DNA of 64,000 nt from Tubiluchus corallicola (GCA_030141605.1 JAQGDQ010000328.1:134843-198842); one strand, 5' to 3'; shown: positions 13,408 through 28,105, counted from the stretch's first letter. The notes: generated by a model from the letters alone, not told the origin. Made by a program: numbers and translations.

Positions 13408-14229
13408 CTGAAATGAAATAAAAAATCTCTTTAAGCTAAAGAGCCCTTGGTAGAGTGGAAAGGTTACCCTAATGAGATGACATATTTCCGATCATATTGT
13501 ACTCAGTTCTACTGCACTAGTCTATGGGTGAAATTTATTTTGTACAATGTTCGTAAACTCAGACATGCGTATAAAACTACTATTAGAATTTTTAATTAGG
13601 AATATAGTACTAGAGCTTTGTATATGTGTGCAGTGAACCGTATTCCATATTTCCCTGTAATAACAAGAAACGCTGCTTATAGTATCTGGTCAAGAATCAG
13701 CGAAAAAAGTGATAATTTCATTATTAGTGGTTTTATTAATGCGTCTGACATACGATAAGTCTAACTTTGTATTGCAATGGTCGCAGGTACCTTCATCAGG
13801 TTCAATTATAAATCTGATAGTCTCCCGCAGCCTCTTATCTGCGGTGAGAGTTGGTAAAGTTGAGTCCCTCTTAATAACAATCCTTCATAATAATAATAAT
13901 ACTAATAGTTCAGAAACAACATTGGACTTCTTACAAACTCAAATTCAATCATTACGATTTAAAATGTTATGTAATAAATTTATTCACGCCTACACCTGGC
14001 TTTGTGGGCTTCTAATTATTATAATTCAGGGGGTTTAAATTAATTTAAATTAGTTAAGTTAACTTACTACTTCCAAACTTTCAAAACTAAGGATAACAAA
14101 TAGCTGGAAACCTATGTAAAGAACTATGTCCTTCGTGCTTAAAATCTGAACAGTTTATAGACATCAAAATAGAAAACCTCCATAAAATTGGAGAAAGCCA
14201 GCAGACATTACTGGCTACGGCTACCTTAA

Positions 14230-14827
14230 AGGAAAACTGGGTCCAATGTTAAATCACAGATCAAAACAATCTACTATTTAAAATATTTACAGGGAACATA
14301 TTGTTTTTTTTCAAGAATGACTTACGTGAAAGAATTATTACCACACAAATGCATATTCGCATTTGCGCCACTAGTTCTTCACTGTTAAAATGAATTTTGC
14401 CATTCGCTAGTTATACAGGCACTAGCGCCTGCATTTCAGAAATGCATTGCACAAGAAACAGGTGTTCTACTTCTCCGTTCAGATGTGTTAGTTTGTGACA
14501 TACTACACACGTTCGACAGCTCATGCGTGAGCACAGTGGTAAATTTGAAATTTGTATTTTTATCTTAAGACTAGCCTAGTTTTAGTACAACACACTGAAT
14601 ATCATACAGTAGCACTGTACTTCAATTTTTGCCTGAAGAATGTTTGAACTTTTGAAAATTCTGTTCATTTGTGATGTCATCAATAGTTGGGCTCGTCTAC
14701 CATTGATTAGATTTTAATCTATTATTTAATTATCAGAAACGGTTTTGCAGTATTAATTGTGTTAAAATGTATACTTTTTACCATTCTTGAAAATGGGGTA
14801 TGATATGAAAAATCATAATGTCTTCCT
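14230..14827. mobile_element. TTAA-flanked non-autonomous DNA element (Kolobok-like); related pieces at about 2557-2660, 3902-4430, 34680-35030 and 54440-55434
   Basis: ttaa|AGGAA...TTCCT|ttaa ends; shared internal motif cctagttttagtacaacacactgaatatc...agtagcactgtacttcaa in several copies. Confidence 0.65.
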
Positions 14828-14974
14828 TTAAGTAGAAGTTGCTAAAAACTTGCAAAAATGTCAAAACTTATCAGTTATAGAATCAAGCCTATATGAAGCA
14901 TGTAAAACGTGGCTTGAACTTGAATGCAAGTCGTTTCTCCTACATTTAAACCCAAAATAAAACAAATTAATTCT

Positions 14975-15140
14975 TACTAACAAGAACAGTGACAATGAAT
15001 AGACAATGTACTAACAACAACAGTGACAATGAATAGACAAATGTACTAACAAGAACAGTGACAATGAATAGACAATGTACTAACAACAACAGTGACAATG
15101 AATAGACAAATGTACTAACAAGAACAGTGACAATGAATAG
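14975..15140. repeat. 33-34 bp minisatellite, about 5 copies, in gene A intron 1
   Basis: Unit tactaacaasaacagtgacaatgaatagacaatg. Confidence 0.9.
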
Positions 15141-15204
15141 AAAAAACACATTTTTTTCCCTCATCAAACACATAATAATCAAAATAGCAATTGCAAAAAC
15201 TTAC

Positions 15205-15247
15205 CAGAAAAGAAAAGTAAAATTCCAATAGTAACTACCAATTTCAT
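15205..15247 (-). CDS. Gene A exon 1: start codon and signal peptide
   Basis: ATG MKLVVTIGILLFFS then G|gtaag, 43 nt, phase 1; joins exon 2 in frame to complete a hydrophobic signal peptide. Confidence 0.75.
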
Positions 15248-17199
15248 TATGAATTTTACACGAAAAACATGGCAAACCTAATTTGAGAATAAATACCACT
15301 CAAGGCAATTAACTATAATGTCTGATTAGCACTCCTCAATGGAATCAAACCATCAACCAGTCAAAGTTGCTTCCTGAGTATTTAAGTAAGCTATCTCCCC
15401 AAACACGATGCCCTGTCATATGTTTAACAAAGGTGGACAAATGTTTTCCTAACGATTAATTATCTCACCACTGACCTCTGAACAGAAGCTCAAGCCAGGG
15501 GCAGCTCCAAGTCCTCCGACAAAATCATGAAATACGATCCTACAAAAAACCATGAATACTTTCAGCCATTACTAAGCCACCACCGGATCTGGGTGCAGCT
15601 ATACATGGTTTACAATGGACAGCAATACAAGAAACTATGCATTAACACTCTACAGTTGATGAAGAAAATCTTGAATCATTTGCACCAATCTGCCCTAAAT
15701 TGACAGACCATAAGTACTAAAAATCATAGTGCAAGATATTTGTTTGTGCTTAGCTGTTTGCTCTGGACATAATGCATAAATGCAGTATGGATTAAGGTAC
15801 ACTAGTTTAATGCAAGAGAATAAACCCTACCATAAAATTAATATGAGTAACTATAAACTTTTTTATTATTCAACCGTCCGGGTTCATTTCAAAAGGGTAA
15901 TTTTAAAGTTCAAAATAGTTACAATTGCTTCTAGTCAATTTAACTTTGTTTTATTTAATTAGTATTTTGTTTTAATTAATAAGAATGCACGTTAGACACG
16001 AAATTATTATTATCAATATTTATTTCGAAATTGTAGTACAATTTGTTAGTAGCATAGAGTAATAAGAATATTAACACTATATAAAAATTTACACATAAAG
16101 CGACAATAAACAATATAGTACTTAGTCAAGGGTGGTAAAACAAAAAATAATACAATTAAGTATAGCCTAGAGGTTGTGCGAAAGTAAAGACCACCTTTTA
16201 CAGTTCAATTGAAAACTAGTTGAGAAACATCACCACTCACTATGTTGGCATCCTTGCTGTCAGCGGTTGCTCGGCAACGAAAAATGTGGCCCGCATCACT
16301 CATTTCTGTCTGTATAACATCTATTGCACTCTGTCTTGATTTGCTCCTTTGTATCTTTTCTGCATTTTCTATGAAATCCTACAAGTTAAATCAGTTAAGT
16401 AACAATTATTAGTATTACAAACATTTTGTCAATTGTTTGAACTGAATAAAAAATCATCTAACATTAATAATTATAATATTATATCAAAATTAATATTATT
16501 ATTATTATGATTATTGCTGTTAATATTATTATTTAGGAAGGTCAAATCCCACAATTAAATGAATTTTGAGGCCTCACTTTCAAAACAGGAAATGTAAAAA
16601 AAGTTTTAACACGGCCCAGATTTGAACCAAATGCCTTTCATATCGATTGATTGCCATTGAAATGGTTCAACATGTTCGTGAAATGACATGTAACAATTTT
16701 GCTACTGACGAACTGAAGAAACAAATGACCGCTGCCGTTTGTGGAACGACCACTACAAACATTTCGCTATTGGTGAACTGAACAAACAAAATTATCTAAC
16801 ACGTATATGAAATGACTACGCCAACATTAAACACTAGACTCGCCTTGGGCAAGCATTAGTCAAACACTGATAGAACAGACATTCAATGTCACTTTGTGAC
16901 TTTACAGATTAATTTTTTACATCACAAGGGACGAGAAAATAAACAAATTAAATTTTTACATCACAAGAGACAAGAAAATAAACTAATTGAATTTCTTAAA
17001 AATAGTTATTTCTTCAGTTATACTAAACTCAAGTAAAAAGTGAGTTGAGCATTAATACGTTAAAATGCACAATTTTTTATTAGAACAGAAGAAAGTCTAA
17101 TGCCGAAAGAAAATATTAATTAAACAATTAACATAAGCTCGAACAGCTTTTTGTCGACTGTAAATAGCAATTCTACGACTACATAAGAAAGACTATTAT

Positions 17200-17332
17200 T
17201 ACTCCACTTATACCCTAAACAATAGGTGCTAGGCAGGGCAAACACAGGTACCATTTTCATGGCCTTTGGTATGACCCGGCTGAAGTATTGAACTTACGAC
17301 CTCCCAGACGGAAAGTGGATGTGTTACCACTA
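17200..17332 (-). mobile_element. tRNA-derived SINE 5' fragment
   Basis: Reverse complement has tagtggtaa...gttcaata A/B-box-like head followed by gggtcataccaaag...aaaatggtacc, a core I recall from invertebrate SINEs. Confidence 0.5.
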
Positions 17333-20300
17333 GATTAAAGCAGAATCAATACGTATTTTAATGTGAATTAACTAGCAAATTTCTGAGACGCAAAGTTCTC
17401 ACCTTAGAGAGAAACTTCATAGCATTCACTAAGCTAGTATGTTAGACCCTTGTTAAACTTTCAACACCCACGAACGAAATGTAACTCCTTCAGGACCGCA
17501 CCATACAAAATAGGTCTTATGAGACCTATGACTTTACTGAGCATACACATAACCAAGTGATTACAAATTGGGTACTGTTCTATTCAGGAGAATCTCGGCT
17601 AAATTTAAGTCTTACTTAGGTGCTCCAACTTAGCCTATCGAGTAGCTTACTCCGACACTTACTTGCGTGACTGAACACAATAATTTATAAATCGCCAGCT
17701 TACTACAGCCCAAGCCGTGCAGTGTCCTGCAGATATTCCAGGAAAAACCAACTGATAAGCCAGAGACAAATTCAGGTTGTTTCATCTTTTAACAGGAATT
17801 TCTCCTTAAAATATAGTAGACTGAAAGCCAAAGTTTATCAGAGTGTTGCATCTGGCTAGTTGAAATTTTCTGCATTAGCTGATTTCACTCTTTAGGTACT
17901 CAAGGCTTTTTTCCGTTTTTTGTCAAAAGCCGATTTTTACATTGTCTAAGGTACGCAAAAGCGTTCTCATTACATAATTTTCCATGAAAATCTATTATGT
18001 GAGAAGTAGAAACCTACAAAAATGATGAACTATAACGTAATCGCTGCCTAGTGAGAACAGTTTTTCATGAACCTGTGCAAAATGCAGCAAAAGTCAACAG
18101 TTCTGAAGAAGTTTAACTAATCCTAGTTGCTGAAATAAATTCTGCATCTACATGCACACAAGATTTTTAAAGACTCATGGTTTGTCGTTGAGCATTTTCA
18201 ATCCATAGATCACTACAAAAAAGGTCTTTTGATCATATAACATGATCATTACTATCAAAAAATAACTGAAAAATTATTTACAAATTCTCCCTACACACTT
18301 ATTATCGCCTAACATGATCATTACTGTTCAAAAACAGCTAAAGTTATATACAAATTCACAATATGACATTGGGTTTCCATTGAAAAATTTAAGCAGATCG
18401 TTGAAATTCAGTTCAGTGTTATCTTCACGAAGGTGATTAGTAAGTGGACAAAAACAGATAACATGCTCTTCTGTTTGAATGTTTAAGCCAGGACAGGAGC
18501 ATAGCCTGTCTTCTCTTTTTATCCTTGCCCGTCTTCCAGTCTCAATAGCTAGGTTATGCTGGTCGTAGCTATACTAAAATAAAATAATCAACAAAGGATT
18601 AAAACATTTTGATAGATGACAATGAATGCACTAGCATGTACAGAGTGGAATGATGACAAGTTATGTTAAAGGTCACATTACGAGTTAGCAGACGATATAA
18701 AATTCTATCTGTAAGGAAACAACATTTTACTTCACTGATTTCTGATGTTTCACAGTTTACAATACATAATTATTAGCTGTGCACAGTTAAATGGGAAAAA
18801 CAGATATATGTACTGTCCTACATCACAGCTGTGTTCCAGATTAAAGATTCCAAAAACATAGCTTACATATACTAAATATGTAGTATAATACCCTCATACT
18901 AAATTATGTTGTTGTTATATGTCCCGTATTTAGTGTAAAAGGTACTAAATATTTAAAGGTACATGACTATGAAAACTTACTTACTTACATATACTGATTG
19001 ACTATAAAAACTGGTTATTCACATGGCTTTAATTATAGCTTAACATGTTTGCAATACTTTGTACAGTTAAATAATTACTTTTATCATAGCCTAACAATTT
19101 TACACTAGTTTGTACAGCAAAATGTTAAGTAATTACATTCATTCGGAAAGTTATTTCCGACAATAAGTCTCAATAATGCAAAAATGATGATTTATTGTTA
19201 TATGCTACTGCCATCTTAGAGGAGTCACGTGTCATATCGAAATCTAGTCACGTCAGCCGACTCAGAAAATGGTAGTCTTGTATGATTTCTTTAAGTTTTC
19301 GTTTAAAACACAACATTGCCGTTGCCTTACTTGAAATTGTTGCAAAAAATTCAAATCATCAAATCATAGAAGAATAAATTTGTACAGTCATGTCAATATA
19401 TTACACAATACAATACACACACCACACAGTAAGTACATCTTAGTGCGCAGTCTACTAATTTCAGTAATGTTTACACAAGGCCAAGAACCGCAGATTTTAC
19501 CAAGACGAATATTTCATCAACTTGTAGAATATTATACTTATACTTTAACTGCCTGTCATTTCAAAAATATTTAATTATTTGAAATGAGTTTTTTTAATTA
19601 AATACATGTTTATAGTGCTATCAAATGAGCACACTTGCAGCTATGGTGGCGCACTCTATAATTTTTGTTCAGCCACCCTACTTATATGAAGGAAATAAAC
19701 ATGTCAAAAATAGTAAGCCTACCAGAAAAAATTATTAATATTATTATTAATTATAAAATCGATGCCTAATCATAGATTCAATAACATTATGTGCTGATCA
19801 AAGATTTGGCTACTAAACAAGCTTACTGAGCCTTTTAAGGTCAAAGTTAGGAATTCAACTGCTGAACTATGACAATAAGATAGTCACATGACAAAAGTGC
19901 CAAGCAACATACTACCAAATGTCTTCTTCACAGTATCCACGTGACGGACCACACTGCAAAACGAATCTATTCCCAATGGGAAATCTTTAAAAGATGAGTG
20001 TCGTATGACTTACTTGCTGTTTTTTAGCGACCACACATTTTCAAAAAAAGCGCTTGCTGCATTCAAGTGCATTGATGTTTCGATGAATGTTTCAGCCTTA
20101 CCGTGACATGACATGTGCATGATATGAAGAATCATGTGGTACTGCTGATTTTCATACTGCAGGGTAGCCCACTTCCACAATATGGGTAAAGAGTTGATAC
20201 ACATACACAAATCCCGGAATCCTCACTAAAGCCTGTAAAGAAAGTCTTAGGAAAATAGTTTGTCCATGGATATAGAATTAGCCACAGTACAGTGCATGTC

Positions 20301-22334
20301 ACTCGTCCATGCATACATTGTTCTTAAAGTGTTTGCCATCTGTACATGTGTGTAACCTGTAAACCCCAACGGTCTTTCAATTTGTGTTTTTGATTTCATC
20401 TGCATACGCTTTGACACTGTGTTTATTATTAATTTTTGTGCACAGTGCAGTAAATATAATAATCATACTGTTGGAATTGTGCTCTACCATTTTAATTTGT
20501 GGCGTTCAACGACCTTGTGGAGCATTCAGACGTAGACACTTTTCTCGCAGCTTGTTGCGTAACTCCTCCATGGGAGAAGTTGCCAAGCCCTTCACATGTT
20601 GGAACAATGTTCAATGATATCATTAAGGCTAGTTTAGTTTAAACTTCATTTATTTACAGTGGTTTTAGAAAACAGTCTGCATCTGATACAGGTATCCCCA
20701 TGGTGCAAGTACTGAGTTTTGTGGAGATCCACTAGAATATTCTACAGTGTAGTAGAACCAATTTTTTTACCTTGTAGAAGCACTCGTAGATTCGAGAACT
20801 TTCTATACGTGATGCGCGTAGTAGTTTCTGGATTGTTCTGGTTTAGTCCACGTGCACTGATAAATAAGGCGGAGCTGGCCGCTCGAGTTTATTCTCGTAT
20901 TCTCAGATTAATTTCAGATTCTCAGATTATCGTATACTATTTTCTTATCACTTAACCACGTATATTCGCGTTCCTTCATACTTTGGTGTTGTAGAATTCT
21001 CACATAATAAACCCGTTGAATTTGACATCGTGTTTTCTGGTTCTCTCTACGAGCCGTCCGAGAGAAACAAAACACAACATTAAGTGCAAAGTATAATTAA
21101 ACGAATAATTGGCATCACAACTAAGAATTGACACAGTCGATTCAATAAAACATTTGATTTATTTACAATCAACAAATTATTAAGATTAATTAAGGTATTG
21201 TTTGTTTCAATTGATTTTTGTGCAGAACATTAAGCTTTTCTAACAGATATTACTATAATTTGTGATAAAATTAGAAATGATTAACTGGTTAAATGTCTAA
21301 CTTAGACAACTGGTTAAGAAAAGTAATAATAAGCTGTTGCAGAGCGTCACCAAGAACCTGATGATCCTGTGTAATTTCAGTTGGATTTACATTCATTAGC
21401 TGAATAATTGTCAGTTTATTCATTGTTATTAATAATAATTTTAATTTGTCATGTTCAAATTAATTACATGTATCGTGTTTTACTTCCGTATGGATTTAAG
21501 GTTACGTAATCAGTTTGCCTTGAATAAAGTTCCTAATTATCAAGATATTTATTAATAAAATACAATTATACATTTTTAGTATTTGCCGTTTAGTTCAAAA
21601 TGCTAAAATCGTCGACAAATAAGAAGAGATTTGAGTTGATTATTAATGAATTTTCATAATGATTAAAAAACTTTATACGTGTATTACAACAGAATAACGC
21701 AGGACACAGGCCTGTAAAACACCTCGAGTAACTGGGCTCGTGCCTTTTCAAACAGAGTGTTGACGTATGGACGACGCATTATAATTACAGGAATTTACAG
21801 GTGAAATGTAAAATGATGGTTCGTGTAACGACAAGCGAATTTCTGTTCAAAAATACCTCTGGTTGTTTGACCTATTAAAAACGCAACATAGGGTCTGCCA
21901 AATCGTTGACTACACTTTTAATGGCGCGCAATACCCACAGTATAAGATGCCACACTAAAAATACAAGTGCTTCAAACATATCTCATAATATCTACGTAAT
22001 TATTTGATAACAGTGTTGAATCTACTGTAGAATGAACATACCGCATTTAACTAAACCTTTCACTTAGAATTCTTAATGCTTGAAAATGAAACAAGTTATA
22101 ACTTGTGAGAAAGAAGATCAATGCTATACCAGCAGTAAAAACCTGAACAACAATACTTGTTTACTTGTTGCTAAAGAATTTACCAACACTGGTAACTCGG
22201 GCCTTAAGTCATTTTTCAACTAGCTAAACTCTCAATCCAACAAAAAAATAAAACTCCCGTGATTAACATCAAACTTCTAACAATTGGTAATCGCTTTGCT
22301 TCTGTCGCCCAGCTAGTTGAGGAAAAATTTACGG

Positions 22335-22492
22335 TCAACGCGGGAACTCAGTAATTATAACTTCGGGAACGTCTTCTATGTTGCTTTTCTTCTTTTCAAG
22401 TTCTTTTCCTCCATCCTCCGTCTCACCATCAGAATCCACTATCTCGCCTTCAGAATCCAGGGTCTGTACTTCCCAATTAAGTTGTTCATAGG
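22335..22492 (-). CDS. Gene B exon 14 (last): acidic cytoplasmic tail with YEQL and PEVIIT, stop TGA
   Basis: ttattgcag acceptor, phase 1. PYEQLNWEVQTLDSEGEIVDSDGETEDGGKELEKKKSNIEDVPEVIITEFPR*. Confidence 0.7.
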
Positions 22493-22803
22493 CTGCAATA
22501 ATAACGTACTAATGAACATTATGGCACAGGAAATGTAAATAGTACATTTTCATAGTCAGCGTGCGTGGATATTATCTTTGCGATTTCTAGCTACGTAGCA
22601 TCAACACGTGCACGTTAGTAATATGACTTTTAGTTTATGACCTCATCTCGCGGTGTTTAAATAATTAAATTTTTAAATTCTTCAAAAATTCGTCATGGGA
22701 ATCAGGGACTGTAACAAAACCTACTGGGCTTGATTTTTACCATGTTGTAGTGCAGTTTTTTAGGAATAGAAATTTTCGCTATTTGATTGTAGCAGAAACC
22801 CTA

Positions 22804-22976
<173 letters not shown>

Positions 22977-23389
22977 AAGAAATTGCTATTATTAATGCCC
23001 GTATTCCAAATGCAAAGTCCGTTACTTGTAAAATGAAGGTTTCTAAATTTAAATAAAAATTTTTGATATTATAATTTGCAGCTTGTTATTATGATCTAAA
23101 ATGTTTCAAAACGTAAAAAAAATTCATGTTATCAAAAAAGATTTAAAAGGATGAGAATCACATTTAGGCTTTCACTGTGATAGAATGACAGATTTTTCAA
23201 AAACTTAGGATGTATGTCATCCCTAATTAACATTGACAGAGAATAAATATCACTTTTTCTGCATAACTTTCTGCAAAAAAGGCTTAAAAACTTGATTTTT
23301 CTTAACATGCAGAAAAAGAGTCGTAAACGCATAAGCTCCAGAGCACTGTCCTCCTGGTTTAATACAGGGAGCTTGCAGCATTCTCTTAC

Positions 23390-23587
23390 GTTTTGTTTCG
23401 GAAGGTGTCCCCCAGTAAAGTTCCTCTCTTTCTGTGTGTACCCAGGAGCTAGTTACGGTTAATGTTCTTAGCTTTGAGCCCTCCTCCTCAATGACGTCTG
23501 CATTCAGCCTTTCATCCTCATCTTCATCCTCGTCATCGTCTTCATCAAGATAATTTTCCATCGCAGCCGTGCTCATGTGGTGTACAT
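23390..23587 (-). CDS. Gene B exon 13: acidic cytoplasmic region
   Basis: gttatag/gtaag boundaries, 198 nt, phase 1-1. HVHHMSTAAMENYLDEDDDEDEDEDE...EREELYWGTPSETK; overlaps ORF 23250..23576. Confidence 0.72.
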
Positions 23588-24267
23588 CTATAACGGGACA
23601 AACGTTCCCAATATTCAGAAATTACAGAGCTAAAAAATTAAAGGCCACATGAAGCAGCATAGTGAACTTATTGCGACTTTGCAACTTCTGGTCCTATTGA
23701 ATTTGCCTAAATATAAATCAATTTCACTGCCAATATTGTTATTGATACTATAAATGTAAAAACACAGATCGTGATGTTTTTAATGAAATCCGAAGAATCT
23801 TGCTGATTAATATGCTACCATCACTAATTCGAAAACAGGCCTTACTGCTGCATTTTTAGTAACAATTTATTACTGTTCACTCATGAATGCAAAATGAAAT
23901 GTTGCCTAAAATGTACGATATCCAGAAAAGTGAATTACCAATACCTGTTGTAATTAGAGCCATAAGTAGTAATCACGAACTTCTTTCTAAATTAAAGTAA
24001 ATGATTAAATTGTCTGAATTGGTTTTAAACAGTTTTACTGACTTTGTGATGTCATTCGTCCAAATTTTTATACTGAATGCAAAGACTATTGTGTGTTTTT
24101 AGTCCTTTTTTCTATTTAAAAACACTATATTTATTTAATTGAAATAAGAATACTCTCTAAATTCCTGAGATTGTAGCTTTTATTTGCAAGTTAATTTCGG
24201 TGCAACGTTTTGAGCGTGAGATTGTGAGGAAAAGTTTGAAGCAAACATGTAAAAGTTATATACTCAC

Positions 24268-24378
24268 GGAGGGCAGCTCTCTTCCTCTTCGAGTACAGAG
24301 AAAATGCAGTTAACGCCACCAACAGCAACAAAAAAAGCGGAATGAGGACAGTTGCCAACAGGAGACCACGACTAATTT
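24268..24378 (-). CDS. Gene B exon 12: transmembrane helix with basic stop-transfer segment
   Basis: gtttag/gtgag boundaries, 111 nt, phase 1-1. EISRGLLLATVLIPLFLLLLVALTAFSLYSKRKRAAL. Confidence 0.85.
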
Positions 24379-24432
24379 CTAAACAGTGAATACATTAAAT
24401 GTATGGGTGACACCTCAATAATTACTCAAGAC

Positions 24433-24930
24433 CTTCTTCTTCTTCTTCTTCTTCTTCTTCTTCTTCTTCAATGAATCATACGTCCAGGCACATGATTCTG
24501 CTCACCTGTCTATGCCAGGACTCCCTGCTCGCTGCAATGCCCCAAGAGGATTTATTTCTAAGGATCAATGCCGAAGTGTTTAAATCTTTCTGTGCAAAAT
24601 CTAAATATGTTAACATTTGTCCACCTGCAGGTTTTTAGCTGGTTCTATGGCTTATTGAAGAGCTATCTTCACTGGAACATCATCAGTTAGTCTAAGCATA
24701 TGCCCAATCCATATTAAACGGCACCTTCTTATTTTTCTTGTCCAAGGTTCTTCTTTTATTTTTTTCATATAGATCTTTGTTTGAATTTTTTTTGGCCATC
24801 TAATACCCAAAATGTTTCTGTAATTTCGCCTTTGAAACGCATCGATTTCAGCTTTATGATTTGCTTTTAATGTCCACAGCACAGAGTTATACAGAAATAC
24901 AGTTTCAAGACAACACATCATAAATGTTTG
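24433..24930 (-). mobile_element. 3' fragment of an RTE-like LINE with (GAA)n tail
   Basis: ORF 24652..24942 (WTLK...IDAFQRR...ILGIRWP...RLIWIGHMLR) resembles the RTE region downstream of RT; ends in (ttc)n at 24433-24470. Confidence 0.75.
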
Positions 24931-25482
24931 GCAATAGGACACACCTCAGCAATTACTTAAGAGCATTGATCGTCAATGATTGGCAATAGGTGACACCTCA
25001 ATAATTACTTAAGAGCATTGATCGTCAATGATTGGCAATAGGACACACCTCAATAATTACTTAAGAGCATTAATCGTCAATGATTGGCAATAGGTGACAC
25101 CTCAGCAATTACTTAAGAGCATTGATCGTCAATGATTGGCAATAGGTGACACCTCAATAATTACTTAAGAGCATTCATCGTCAATGATTGGCAATAGGAC
25201 ACACCTCAATAATTATTTAAGAGCATTAATCGTCAATGATTGGCAATAGGTGACACCTCAGCAATTACTTAAGAGCATTGATCGTCAATGATTGGCAATA
25301 GGTGACACCTCAATAATTACTTAAGAGCATTCATCGTCAATGATTGGCAATAGGACACACCTCAATAATTATTTAAGAGCATTAATCGTCAATGATTGGC
25401 AATAGGTGACACCTCAATAATTACTTAAGAGCATTGATCGTCAATGATTGACAATAGGAGACACCTCAATAATTACTTAAGA
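24927..25482. repeat. 52-bp minisatellite, about 10.5 copies, with outlying partial units at about 24405 and 25650-25730
   Basis: Unit ttggcaataggtgacacctcaataattacttaagagcattgatcgtcaatga. Confidence 0.92.
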
Positions 25483-26540
25483 GTCATCATCATCATACGC
25501 CCGTCACGTCTATTGTAGACATTGGGCTGGCAGAATTCTAAAATAAAAGAAATCTGCCTTTAGACGGAAGTGGTGCTGACAAGCCACTGGCGTAGCAGTG
25601 CCTAGTTTTTTGCTGGATTACTGCTGTGTTTACCTGTCTGAAGGCAGAATTACTTAAGAGCATTGGTCGTCAATGATTGGCAATAGGTGATACCTCAATA
25701 ATCACTTAAGACCACAGATCGTCAATGCTTTGTGAAGTTCAACACAGTTACCTCCATGCACATGTAAACCACACTGACCCTGTTGACAATGACGTTTATC
25801 CAGGGCTGGATTTCAATTTTGTAGGCCCCTGGACTACAGATACTGTCAGGCCCCTGCAGCCGGCTCCCAGTGACTATTAACAAAAGCGTGAATGTTGGAT
25901 TCTTTAAATTAGTTTATTCAACTTCTACAACATAATGCCAAAATTAGGCCCACGCAGATGGGTGCAAGTGTAGTGCAACAAAAAGAGAAGAGATATTCTG
26001 ATATTTACAAAATTAAAATATGTTTTTGAAATATAAACTATGATACGTACAAATAGCAATAAATTGTAATTTTGTCAGAAAAGTTTCATAGACTTTAGTA
26101 AAGTAGTTGTTTTATGAGCTAACCGATGAATTGCTGTTTGCCAGGACAAGAAAGGACAAAGACACTTATTTACAGTCGCCGGGACAACAGCCAACATTAG
26201 CCATAGGTTACTATAAACGAGTCCTAACGAATACAATAACACTGTGACGCCACAAATAAATAGCGGTGATCGTGAGATTCGAACTCGGGCTGCTAGCAGA
26301 GAAGCATCCACAGTCCGTTAACTCAACAACTTGGCCACCTGTACTGCCAGCTGACAGTGATTTTGTTACCCAGGTAATAAAAAAACTTACATAGTATTAG
26401 AGGTACTAAATCAAATTGTAAATTTAATGTCAAATTTGTAGTTAAATCCATATGCTATTCCGATTAGAGCTTCGGCAGCACTCATTAGGACTGATAAAAA
26501 GGGAATGTACGTTTACAACAAGAGAAGGGAAAACTCTTAC

Positions 26541-26897
26541 CCGCTTCCGCAACGACACCGGAAGACGCTATTGTCATATCGAATGTAGTCGTGCGATTGC
26601 CTTGCCTCACTTCCAACCAGTAAGATGTAAAGTCATCCTCCTCAGCTTCTTGTACAAGTAGCACGGCCCGATAGCACATGGCAGCACTACCCGAAAGACG
26701 TACCACGTAACCTGTCAATCCCTTTTCCCGCCTCGGCTTGACCAATGCGGCTGATGTCATTTCTAAGTTGTTGTCCCTCCATTTCCACCGGATTGCATCG
26801 TACGTGGGGTGGCAGCAAAAAGGCATAATGGTTTTAACTGACGCGCTAATTTCTCCTACAAACGTTTTCTTGCTATTAGGCATCAACGTTGGAGGAC
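26541..26897 (-). CDS. Gene B exon 11: membrane-proximal Ig-like domain
   Basis: gacag acceptor (weak pyrimidine tract; a phase-2 acceptor at 26920 is an alternative) and gtaag donor. PPTL...FCCHP...IRWKW...CYRAVLLVQEAEEDDFTSYWLEV. Confidence 0.75.
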
Positions 26898-28105
26898 CTG
26901 TCACGTAAACACTCATTCGTCTATAATTTGTTAGAAAACTAGAAAAACTAAAGAAATAATACAGTACGTTCTTCAAAACTGTTATCAAGCAGAAAGAAAA
27001 AAGTGCACAGATCCAAGTAAAAAAGTCACAGAAAAAAGTCACAAGAAAAAAGGTACAGGAAAAAGAAATGGCTGTACCACTGACCCCAATCATAACCACA
27101 ATCAGTGGCATCGTGCTATGGGGGCCCGGGGGAAGTTCCCCCCCCCCAATTGTTTATAAAATGTCAAAAATTTTAAGGGTTTCGGTGGCTTGTATTGAGA
27201 CCAATAAGGTGTAAAACTTTGAGGAACGGTGAAATCTCCCATTGAAGGCATGATATGCGATTATATACACACATAGGTATGATTATTGATTGAATTTAAT
27301 GTCTAATTGTTGCATTGATTATCATCTGCTCTCGTGGCTACGTCACTAGGTAATTGGCCATTGGCCCCTTGCACTGGACCAATGATATTGCTTCCCCCTT
27401 TCCTATATAAACACTTGCAGTGTTAGCTGGATTAGAAAGCCGATTCTTGTGATGCGTCTCCTTACACTTAGAAAAAATTTAGTCATTATCAACAGTCAGG
27501 TAATTTTTAATTTTAATTAAATTTCTGTAGCTATAGCTTTAAATTAAATCCCAGTTGTGAATAAATAAATTGTTTTTCTTGCACGCAAAATACTGGTGTG
27601 GGAATTCAAAATTATACGTTTTTTAAACAGTTAAGTTCGGCCATTATATACAGTCGGGCCCCCCTAATTTTTTTTGGTGCTCGACGCCCCTGGCCAGAAT
27701 TAAGTCCTGAAATTTTTTCTTAGCCAAAATTGCGAGTTATTTCCGTTAACTTTTTTTCTGTGACTTTATTTCTGGTCACAAATTTTCAAATGTAATTGCA
27801 AAATCACAGACTAAAAAAATAGGAAAGCATAACTCAAGAGTTAATCCTTGACGATGTAAGATTAAATTATCGTTTTGGCTAGAAGCCCAGTTACATGTGG
27901 CATATCACGTGATAATCAGCTGATGTTCGACTTCCTGAGTCATAAGTAAAGATTGATGAAGTAATCTTTATGCGCAGAAGCTCAGGGCGCATTAGGTAGG
28001 CAGACAAAAGGATTTTGAGGGCCGCACCTAGAGCAGATTAAGAGGAAGACGGAGAGCTGGCATTGCTATCCTCTTATGCATATCATGTTTGTGCATAATA
28101 TTTAA

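Noticed and set aside
19950-20620. Possible decayed coding or transposase sequence
   Set aside because: Only short broken ORFs with no motif I can name; needs tblastx against repeat libraries. Same for 6620-7270.
23250-23389. Gene B ending at the ORF-track stop (...KVMQKK*)
   Set aside because: A gtaag donor at 23389 and an in-phase acidic exon at 22335-22492 fit better; read-through cannot be fully excluded.
24927-25482. CRISPR-like array
   Set aside because: Units are contiguous near-identical repeats with no unique spacers, there are no cas genes, and the context is a eukaryotic intron.
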